Source: Torpedo marmorata | Lineage: Eukaryota | DNA: 64,000 bases | NCBI GenBank assembly: GCA_977017645.1 | Contig: OZ360219.1 | Span: 41,292,001-41,356,000 of the forward strand | Direction of reading: 5' to 3' | Shown: positions 1 through 9,485 of the stretch, in pieces | Numbering within the stretch: the first letter of the stretch is position 1 | Layout of the letters: every line of letters starts with the position of its first letter | Notes under the pieces: model-generated | Told to the model about the DNA's origin: nothing | The model's database searches: none | What the model saw: only the letters and a program-made list of their open reading frames with translations | Program-made: the position numbers and the translations under genes

Positions 1-815
1 TGGAAAGCTTTCCTCCCGAGATGGAGACAGAGAGATCCAGGAAGGGGAGAGTGTTATCGGAGATGGAGTAGGTGAGTTTGAGATCGGGGTGGAAGTTGAC
101 AAGCTTATCGCGGGTGCATGAGGCAGCCCTCATGTAGTCGTCGATATACCGGAGGAAGAGATGAGGGTTCTTGCCTGTGTTGTCTTGCAGCATGGATTGC
201 TCCACAAAGCCCACAAACAGGCAGGCGTAGCTGGGACCCATGCGGGTACCCATAGCTACTCCTTTAATTTGGAGGAAGTGGGATGAGTTAAAGGAGAAGT
301 TATTTAGAGTGAGGACAAGTTCTGCCAGGCAGAGGAGGGTGGTGGTAGAGGGTGACTGGTCGGGTCTTTGGTCCAGGAAGAAGCAAACTTGCTTTCAGAC
401 CTTCTGTGTGGGGGATGGAGGTATAAAGGGATTGGACATTCATTGTGAAAATGAGGCGGTCTGGTTCGAGGAATCTGAAGTCATTGAAGTGATGGATGGC
501 ATGTGAGGTGTCGCAGATGTTGGTGGGGAGGGATTGGACCAGGGGTGAAGAGATAGAGTCAAGGTAAGATGAAACTAGTTCGGTGGGGCAGGTGCAGGCA
601 GAAACAATGGGTCTGCCTGGATGGTTGGGTTTGTGTATCTTGGGTAGAAGGTAGAAGCGGGAAGTACGGGGGTGGGAGAGAATGAGGTTGGCGGCCGTGG
701 GGGGGGGGAAGTTACCAGAGGTGATGAGGTTGGAGATGTTGTTGGAGACCGTGGCTTGATGTGCCGTGCTGGGGTCCTGTGGGAGGGGTAGGTAGGTAGG
801 AGGAGGTGTCTGAGA
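1..815 (-). mobile_element. Penelope-like element (PLE) reverse transcriptase fragment, frameshifted, runs off the window
   Basis: Minus-strand translation gives PRTSRFYLLPKIHKPNHPGRPIVS...LIFTMNVQSLYTSIPH and, after a frameshift, GVAMGTRMGPSYACLFVG...RYIDD. These are PLE-type RT motifs. Confidence 0.88.
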
Positions 816-816
816 G

Positions 817-2735
817 TGCCCCCGCTCTCTTCCTGTGTCGCGCGCGCCCCCGCTCTCTTCCTGTGTCGCGCGCGCCCCCGCTCTCTTCCTGTGTCGCGCG
901 CGCCCCCGCTCTCTTCCTGTGTCGCGCGCGCCCCCGCTCTCTTCCTGTGTCGCGCGCGCCCCCGCTCTCTCCCTGTGTCGCGCGCGCCCCCATTCTCTCC
1001 CTGTGTCGCGCGCGCCCCCGCTCTCTCCCTGTGTCGCGCGCGCCCCCATTCTCTCCCTGTGTCGCGCGCGTCCCCGCTCTCTCCCTGTGTCACGCGCCCC
1101 CCCCGCTCTCTCCCTGTGTCGCGCGCGCCCCCCGCTCTCTCCCTGTGTCGCGCGCGCCCCCCCGCTCTCTCCCTGTGTCGCGCGCGCCCCTCCGCTCTCT
1201 CCCTGTGTCGCGCGCGCCCCTCCGCTCTCTCCCTGTGTCGCGCGCGCCCCTCCGCTCTCTCCCTGTGTCGCGCGCGCCCCTCCGCTCTCTCCCTGTGTCG
1301 CGCGCGCTCCTCCGCTCTCTCCCTGTGTCGCGCGCGCTCCTCCGCTCTCTCCCTGTGTCGCGCGCGCCCCCCGCTCTCTCCCTGTGTCGCGCGCGCCCCC
1401 CCGCTCTCTCCCTGTGTCGCAAGCGTCCCCCCGCTCTCTCCCTGTGTCGCGCGCGCCCCCCCGCTCTCTCCCTGTGTCGCGCGCGCCCCCCCGCTCTCTC
1501 CCTGTGTCGCGCGCGCCCCCCCGCTCTCTCCCTGTGTCGCGCGCGCCCCCCCGCTCTCTCCCTGTGTCGCGCGCGCCCCCCCGCTCTCTCCCTGTGTCGC
1601 GCGCGCCCCCCCGCTCTCTCCCTGTGTCGCGCGTGCCCCCCCGCTTTCTCCCTGTGTCGCGCGCGCCCCCCCGCTCTCTCCCTGTGTCGCGCGCGCCCCC
1701 CCGCTCTCTCCCTGTGTCGCGCGCGCTCCCCCGCTCTCTCCCTGTGTCGCGCGCGCCCCCCCGCTCTCTCCCTGTGTCGCGCGCGCCCCCCGCTCTCTCC
1801 CTGTGTCGCGCGCGCCCCCCCGCTCTCTCCCTGTGTCGCGCGCGCCCCCCCGCTCTCTCCCTGTGTCGCGCGCGCCCCCCCGCTCTCTCCCTGTGTCGCG
1901 CGCGCCCCCCCGCTCTCTCCCTGTGTCGCGCGCGCCCCCCCGCTCTCTCCCTGTGTCGCGCGCGCCCCCCCCGCTCTCTCCCTGTGTCGAGCGCGCCCCC
2001 CCGCTCTCTCCTTGTGTCGCGCGCGCCCCCCCGCTCTCTCCCTGTGTCGCGCGCGCCCCCCCGCTCTCTCCCTGTGTCGCGCGCGCCCCCCCGCTCTCTC
2101 CCTGTGTCGCGCGCGCCCCCCCCCGCTCTCTCCCTGTGTCGCGCGCGCCCCCCCCGCTCTCTCCCTGTGTCGCGCGCCCCCCCGCTCTCTCCCTGTGTCG
2201 CGCGCCCCCCCGCTCTCTCCCTGTGTCGCGCGCGCCCCCTGCTCTCTTCCTGTGTCGCGCGCGCCTCCCGCTCTCTCCCTGTGTCGCGCGCGCCCCCCAG
2301 CTCTCTCCCTGTGTCGCGCGCGCCCCCCCGCTCTCTCCCTGTGTCGCGCGCGCCCCCCCTATCTCTCCCTGTGTCGCGTGCGCCCCCTCTCTCTCCCTGT
2401 TTCGCGCGCGCCCCCCCGCTCTCTCCCTGTGTCGCGCGCGCCCCCCCGCTCTCTCCCTGTGTTGCGCGCGCTCCCCCGCTCTCTCCCTGTGTCGCGCGCG
2501 CCCCCCCGCTCTCTCCCTGTGTCGCGCGCCCCCCCCGCTCACTCCCTGTGTCGCGCGCGCCCCCCCCGCTCACTCCCTGTGTCGCGCGCGCCCCCCCGCT
2601 CACTCCCTGTGTCGCGCGCGCCCCCCTGCTCTCTCCCTGTGTCGCGCGCGCCCCCCCGCTCTCTCCCTGTGTCGCGCGCGCTTCCGCCCTCTCCCTGTGT
2701 CGCGCGCGCCCCCGCCCTCTCCCTGTGTCGCGCTC
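817..2735. repeat. GC-rich minisatellite, unit 30 bp (cctgtgtcgcgcgcgcccccccgctctctc), 28-bp variant at the left end
   Basis: Direct periodicity is visible: identical 30-mers at 1441-1620 and a 28-bp period at about 820-1070. Confidence 0.97.
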
Positions 2736-3018
2736 TCCCGCACCCCCCGCCCTCTCCCGCGCCTCCAGCCCTCTCGCGCGCCCCCCGCCCTCTCGCGCGC
2801 CCCCCTCTCTCTCTCGCGCGCCCCCCTCTCTCTCTTTCGCGCGCCCCCCCTCTCTCTCTCGCGCGCCCCCTCTCTCGCGCGCCCCCTCTCTCTCTCTCGC
2901 GCGCCTCCTCTCTCGCTCGCCCTCTCTCTCTCTCTCGCGCACCCCCTCTCTCTCTCTCTCTCTCGCGACCCCTCTCTCTCGCGCGCCCCCTCTCTCTCTC
3001 GCGCCCCTCTCTCTCTCT
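2736..3018. repeat. Mosaic (CT)n/(CG)n/poly-C microsatellite
   Basis: Irregular ctctct, cgcgcg and cccccc blocks continuous with the minisatellite. Confidence 0.9.
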
Positions 3019-3241
3019 GTTGCACGTTGTAAATTTAACATCTTGCAAGGTAATCAGCAATTACATTATCTTTGCCTTTCATATGAGTTATCTTTAAATC
3101 ATATTCCTGTAGAATTAGACTCCAGTTTAACAGTCGTCTATTTTTGTTTTTAATTTTACTCAAGAACACGAAGGGATTATGGTCAGTATGCACAACAAGT
3201 AGTCTCTGAGCTGTGCAGACACCACATCTAACTGCTGCAAA

Positions 3242-3342
3242 AAAAAAAATATCGCATGTATTTTGATAATTTTGCATTTTATAACATGTATTATCGAGTG
3301 ATTTAAAATTTTAAATAAAATATTTATTAAAAATAAAAAAAA
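3242..3342 (+). mobile_element. Extremely 5'-truncated L1-type 3' tail inserted in the Gypsy RNase H
   Basis: gtgatttaaaattttaaataaaatattt plus an A-tail matches the L1 3' ends at about 60070-60112 and 61650-61690. It is flanked by a probable TSD, aa(c/a)tgctgcaaa. Confidence 0.65.
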
Positions 3343-6300
3343 GAAATGCTGCAAAGCTAGTACAAGGGCCAATAATTCTTTCTCTATGGTGGAATAATTC
3401 CTTTGATGTTTATTAAATTTCTTAGAGAAGTAAGCCTCTGGATGATCAATATCATCACAACCATCCTTTGTAATAGCACTGCTCCTGCAGCTTCATCACT
3501 AGCATCTACTGCTAAAGAAAATGGCTTCTCAAAGTCAGGTGTCTTAAGCACAGGTTGGTGACATAAAATGGCTTTCGTTTATCAAGTGCTTCCTGACAAA
3601 GTTCTGTCCAAACAAACTTTTCACCCTTCCTCAAATGGTTTGTCAAAGGAAGGGCGATATCAGCAAAATTTTTACAGAACTTTCTGTAATACCTAAACAT
3701 TCCCAAAAACCTCCTAACAGCTTTATTACCCGTGGGTGTGGGAAACTCAGAAATCGTCCGAACTTTCGCCTGAACAGGCGCCAACTTGCCCTGACCTACA
3801 ACATAACCAAGATAAGTCACAGTAGCATGGCCAAATTCACTTTTAGCTAAATTCACAGTAAGGTTTGCTTTTGAAAGTTTGTCAAATAATTTCTCTAACT
3901 CAGAGATGTGTGCTTCCCATGTGTCATTCCCTGTAACCAAATCATCAATATAAGCATCCGTATGCTCTAAACCTTGAGTTACAGAATTAATTGTCCTTTG
4001 GAATGTCCCTGGAACATTCTTCATTCCAAATGGCAAAACATTATATTCGTATAACCCTGACGAGTTCACAAATGCAGAAATTTCCCTACCTCTCTCTGTT
4101 AAGGGAACACACCCGTAACCTTTTAATAAGTCCACCTTCGTAAGAAACTTAGCCTTTCCAAACTTGTCCACACAATCAAGAATCTGTCTTTGTTACCACA
4201 TTAACTTTCCTATAATCAGTGCAAAATCTAACCGTCCTATCTGATTTAGGCACCAGGACACAAGGCGAACTCCAATCTGAGGTAGAACGTCTAATAATAT
4301 CATTCTTTAACATATATTCAATCTCTTGATCTACCAGTTTGCACTCTTCCACATTTAATAGGGTTGGCATCTCCAACATCAACATCATGGCAAACTATTG
4401 GGGTTCTCTTAGGCACATCTGGAAGCAGGTTCCTAAATTTTAAAAGTAGCTGTTTCATTTGTTCCTTTTCCTGGGGCTGAAGATGAGCCAACTTAGCAAC
4501 CAAATTCTGCAAAATATCCGAATTAGACAGACGAACAGGGACAATGTTTTGTTTGAAAGTGACCCTCACAAGAGTCAGCTTGTGCCATCTCAGGGTCCCT
4601 AAACACTTCAGTTTTCTCAACAACCAACACCTCTGCTGAAGGCTGTTCCTTGCTACCAGCTAAGTTCTCAAAATAAGGTTTTAACATGTTGACATGGCAA
4701 CTTTGCGTTTTACGTCTCTGATCAGGTGTTTTAACAACATTGTTAACTTCATTCACCTTTGACTCTATCTCATAAGAGCCTGAAAGTTTTGCCCTAAGGG
4801 TATTAGAATTTGTTGTGAAAAGAATTAATACTATATCCCCTGGTTTAAAAGTTCTCATCCTAGCTTTTTTATCATACCAGACCTTCATTTTACCTTGAGC
4901 CTTTTTCATATTCTCTTGGGCCAATTCACAGACTTTCTGCAAACGATCTTTAAATTTTGAGACATAATTTAACAAATTCAACTGCACATCCTCATAAACC
5001 CATTGTTCCTTCAACAACACTAAAGGTCCTCTAACTTGATGTCCAAACACCAACTCAAAAGGGCTAAAGCCTAATGAATCTTGTACAGACTCTCTCACTG
5101 TAAACAAGAGCAAATGGACACCCTCATCCCAGTCCTTCTCATTCTCAACACAATAGGTCCTCATCATGGTTTTGAGAGTCGAATGGAACCTCTCCAAGGC
5201 CCCTTGAGATTCTGGATGATATGCAGAGGATGTGATTTGATTGGCTCCCAATTCATAAACTCTCTGCTGAAACAATCCCGACATAAAATTACTTCCCTGG
5301 TCTGATTGGATCTCTTTAGGCAACCCAACTAAAGTGAAAAATCTCACAAGAGCTCGCGACACAGTCTTAGCTTTAATATTTTTAAGTGGTATTGCTTCTG
5401 TAAACCTGGAGGCTGTACACAATAACAGTTAACAAATACTGATTCCCAGCTTTCGTCTTTGGCAATGGGCCAACGCAATCTACAATAACTTTGGAAAAGG
5501 GTTCGCCAAAATCAGGAATAGGTTTTAAAGGAGCTACTGGGGGACCATGATTAGGTTTCCCCGCACACTGACAAGTGTGATGGGTCTGGCAAAATGTCAC
5601 AACATCTTTTCTCAGGCTAGGCCAGTAGAATTGTTTCATGGTCTTGTATATACTTTTCTTTGTACCAAGATGACCACCCAAGGGTGTGCTATGGGCCAAG
5701 ATTAAAATTTAGTCCCTATAGGCTTTCGGAACTACCACATGGTGAACAATTGCCCATTCTTCATTAACAGAGATATCAAGTGGTCTCCTCTTCCTCATTA
5801 GCGCCTCTTCCTTAAAATAATATCCAATTGGCACTTTCTTAATTTCCTCCTCAGAGAGAGCCTTATCTCTCACCTCAGCAAGACCAGGATCTCTGTTCTG
5901 CCCCGCTATAAACTCTCTTCGGGACAACGACAAGTCCTTGCTCTCGGGTTTACCACCAGAACTCTGGTCCAAACCGTCTGCACTGGCAAGCTTTTTACAC
6001 ACAGCTCGCGTCACTGCACAGGCTGGATATATATCCAAATCTGTCTTTGTTTCCTCAATGACTGGCTTGGCAGTCAAAGTCACCACAGGGGCAACTTTAC
6101 CCTCTGCAAGGTCATTTCCCAATTTGTTTTCTAACTTACGTGGATATTCCACATTACCACTCTGGAAGGTTTTACTTGGCACAAATTCAACCCTCTGGAA
6201 GGCTCCACTTGGCACAAACTAAACCCTGTGGGTTAAAGCATTCTCATCCGCTAATTTAGCAGATTCCTGCCAAGTTTCCATTTCTTCCTCCCTCTGTCTT

Positions 6301-6819
6301 TCCCTCTCGGCTTTCTCCCTTCTAAGTTTTTCTAATTCTAGCTCAAACCGCTTCTGTTTCTTGGCTTCCTCCCTCTCAAGTCTTTCTAATTCTAGCTCAA
6401 AATGTTTTTGTTTCTCTCTTCGCCTCTCAGCATCCGCTAATCTAAGTTTTTCTCTCTCAAACTCCAATCTAAGTTTTTCTAATTCAATTTGTTCCCCTGC
6501 TCACGGGATTCACTCTGGAGAAATTGTTTTACCTCCTCCTCTCCAAACTTCCCTTCTATTTCATAATAGTGCCCTATAATTTTCTGAATCTCTGCCTTTT
6601 TCATCGCTTGTTTTACCACCGCAAGTTCCAACTTTTGTGTGATAGTCAACAACTCACTCTTTCTCGCTCCCTGCAAATCTGCAAAGGTGGGCGATCCCAG
6701 AAACTTATCAATGTCCATCGTTGTTATCGTTCCACACACAAGCCTTTTAATTGGCTAAAAAAAAACTCCAATCAATCAAATTGAAATGTAATCGATCACT
6801 CAACTCCCAATTTGGTGTG

Positions 6820-6840
6820 ATCCCGGACGACGAGCCCCCA
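6820..6840 (-). promoter_or_regulatory. Primer-binding site (tRNA-Pro) of Gypsy copy 1
   Basis: Minus strand reads TGGGGGCTCGTCGTCCGGGAT, the tRNA-Pro PBS TGGGGGCTCGTCCGGGAT with a 3-bp duplication, 4 nt after the LTR end. Confidence 0.85.
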
Positions 6841-6844
6841 ATTT

Positions 6845-7758
6845 TGTTACGTACCAGACAGCAGCAATAGAAATGAGCCCAGACAGTGTTATATTTAAAA
6901 TAATATTTTAAATTATTAATTAACAATAATATAACACCTTATCTAATTTATCTAAACTTATCTACTTAACCCCCAACTGTGCGCAAATATATTTATATGT
7001 GTGTGTGTGTGGAATACCCCAGGCCACTACAGCTCAAGGCACAATTCTCGAAAGGCAGTTCAAAGTTCAGTCTCAGAAATTCAGTGTTGACATGCAGGCT
7101 TGAAATTGATGCAAAGAAATTCACAAAGTAGGTGGGAGAGACAGTCTGTTTATAAACTCACAAAATTTTTGTTGAGATGCTTCCAAAGAAATGTCCTTTT
7201 CAGACAAGTGGCAATCAAAACTCCCCTTTTCTTTGGGTAGGGGACACGAAGCGAGTGATTTTCACAGTGACCATCGCTTTTCTTGGTCACAGAGTGGTAT
7301 TCTCATTCTCCTATAACACGGAGAAATCAGACAAATTGTCTATCACCACACGAGGCCACATTCAGCAGAGTATCCCTTCAAAGGATGTTTCTCCAAGTGC
7401 TGTCTCCTTCAAATGGCCACTACTCATTCCCCTATAACATGGGGAAATCAGACAGATTGTGTATAACCACACACAAGGCCACTTCAGTACTGTATTACTT
7501 CCAAGAGCTCTGCTCCACAGTACTGCTTCCTTAAAATGGCCCCTGAGCAAACCGAGTACTGTTTCTTTAACATGTTGGTCAAATGGTCTCTGCACCTGTG
7601 TTTTCCAGGGCCACTTCCTCTCTCTTCAGATGTATCCAATTTAGTACACGCTGTCCTCAGTCTGTCAGCTCACAGTCAAACTCCAAAACTTGCAGCTTGA
7701 TTTGTTCTCTTAAAGTGACAGTACCACTCAATTGAAAATGAACTGGGAGCACATAATA
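6845..7758 (-). repeat. 5' LTR of Gypsy copy 1
   Basis: The reverse complement starts TATTATGTGCTCCCAG and ends CGTAACA. It is homologous to the LTRs at 39153 and 44307. Confidence 0.92.
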
Positions 7759-8190
7759 CTCTCTCTCTCGCCAGCTCTCTCTCTATCGCCAGCTGTCTCT
7801 CTCACCAGCTCTCTCTTTCTCGCCAGCTCTCTCTCTTTCTTGCCAGCTCTCTCCCTCTCTCTCGCCTGCTCTCCCTCTCTCTCTCGCCTGCTCTCCCCCT
7901 CTCTCTCTCTCGCCTGCTCTCCCTCTCTCGCCAGCTCTCTCTCGCCAGCTCTCTCTCTTTTTCGCCAGCTCTCTCTCTCTTCCTCTTGCCAGCTCTCTCT
8001 CTCGCCACCTCTCTATCTCTCTCTTGCCAGCTCTCTATCTCTCTCACCAGCTCTCTCTCTCTCGTCTGCTCTCTCTCACCTTCTCTCTCTCTCTCTTCGC
8101 CTTCTCTCTCTTTCTCTCACCTGCTCTCCCTCTCTCTCTCGCCTGCTCGCTCTCTCTCTCGCCTTCTCTTTCTCTCTGTCTTTCGCCTTC
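7759..8190. repeat. (CT)n-based compound repeat with ctcgccagct/ctcgcctgct interruptions
   Basis: Seen directly; it abuts the LTR terminus. Confidence 0.92.
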
Positions 8191-9223
8191 TGGGATTATT
8201 TTTGTATCTGTATCTTGTTTTACAGACTTGCAAAATGTGGCAACTCGTATGGGCTATATTAATAGATTACGAAGCCCGATGCACCTATTTATCATACATG
8301 TCATAGATGTGTTTTAATGCCGCACTAATCTCATGGAGGTCGGGAGATTGATCTCTGGGGTTCATTACATTGCTTGGAGGATGGTGGGATTTAGATGGAT
8401 TGGAAACATTTTAGAGTGGAAAGTTTAGATGAATTGACTATAAAATATAACTTTCCTTGAAACTGAGAATTTTTTTTCCCCATTCAAGTTTTGATCACAG
8501 TTTATATAAAACTGGTTGCAAATGCAACTTATTTATAATTAAAAGGCCAGATCTTGCTGATTTGAATCGGTGAGATCTGGGCTAAGAATTCAGTGAGACA
8601 CTGAAGTCACAGCTATCAGATAGACTGTGGTTGATTAATTTTAGAGGGGAGATAGGGTGGGATGTGGTATTTTCATTTTAAAATCTTAATTAATTTTGTA
8701 GGATAGATGGAGTGGGGCGTGTGTCAAAGATCAAAAAGCTAAGGTCATAAAATCATGATTTTAATCACATAAAGATTAGTCTTCTCAACTTAATAGCTAC
8801 AAAGGTGCTCTCTATTGTTACAATGAAGTACAAAATAATTGTGACTTTTGTTGTTAAGGAGTGTGGTTTAAATTGTTTTTGCTGGAGTGGTTTTCTTGTA
8901 ATATTTCCATAGCAAATTTTCATGACACTTTAGTGGCTGAGTATGCTTGCTTATGAGATTTGCATACCTTGCTGATGTTACTTTATTTTGTCTTATTTTA
9001 CAATGCATTTCACGCAGTTTTATAATTTCAAACAATGTACAATTAACAATATCATGCTTTCCATAACCTGTTTCAGAAGGTTAAAGTAATTGTTTTCTTT
9101 TACTTTTCCTGTTTGTAAATTGTAGTTATATGATCAGTCTTTGAACGAGGTGAATTATTTCATAAACGTTTAAAGAAAATATTTGTTTATGCTTTATTAT
9201 CTTTGTAATGTAACATTCAGCAC

Positions 9224-9485
9224 AGGCACAGTACGGTTAGCGTAGCGGTCAGCGCAACGCTGTTACAGCACCAGCGACCGGGGTTAGAATCCGGCGCTGT
9301 CTGTAAGGAGTTTGTACATTTTTCCCATGTCTACGTGGGTTTCCTCAGGTGCTCCAATTTACTCCCACCCTTCAAAAATGTACCGGGGGTTGTAGGTCAA
9401 TTGGGTGTAATTGGGCGGCACGGGCTCATGGGCCGAAAGGGCCTGTTACCGTGCTGTATGTCTAAATTTAAAATTTAAAAATTTT
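9224..9485 (+). mobile_element. tRNA-derived V-SINE (HE1-like) with CR1-type tail
   Basis: tRNA-like head (ggttagcgtagcgg...ggttagaatcc), V-domain (gtgggtttcctcaggtgctcc...ctcccac), and a tail gggccgaaagggcctgttaccgtgctgtat resembling the CR1 3' end at about 32305-32335, followed by (aaattt)n. Confidence 0.85.

Larger units (their letters stand above)
3024..7758 (-). mobile_element. Gmr1-type Gypsy LTR retrotransposon, copy 1 (decayed; 5' LTR kept, 3' LTR lost, gag/protease internally deleted)
   Basis: In transcription order: LTR, PBS, gag N-terminus (6479-6739), integrase HHCC and core (5382-5699, 4523-5422: IQSDQGSNF, SAYHPESQGALERF), RT (3512-4388: YIDD), RNase H ending DNVIADYLARC at 3035. 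Homologous to 39153-45191. Confidence 0.93.

Noticed and set aside
300-3153. Long ORFs (650-913 aa) in several frames on both strands
   Set aside because: They arise from a stop-free 30-bp satellite. Only the last ~170 aa of the minus-strand ORF (Penelope RT) is real coding-derived sequence.
7732-8317. Leu/Ser-rich ORFs and an acceptor-like ttgttttacag at about 8215-8225
   Set aside because: The ORFs are (CT)n translations. No LRBA-like peptide or convincing donor follows the AG.
9224-9300. tRNA gene
   Set aside because: It is the tRNA-derived head of a V-SINE and continues into the V-domain and LINE-type tail.
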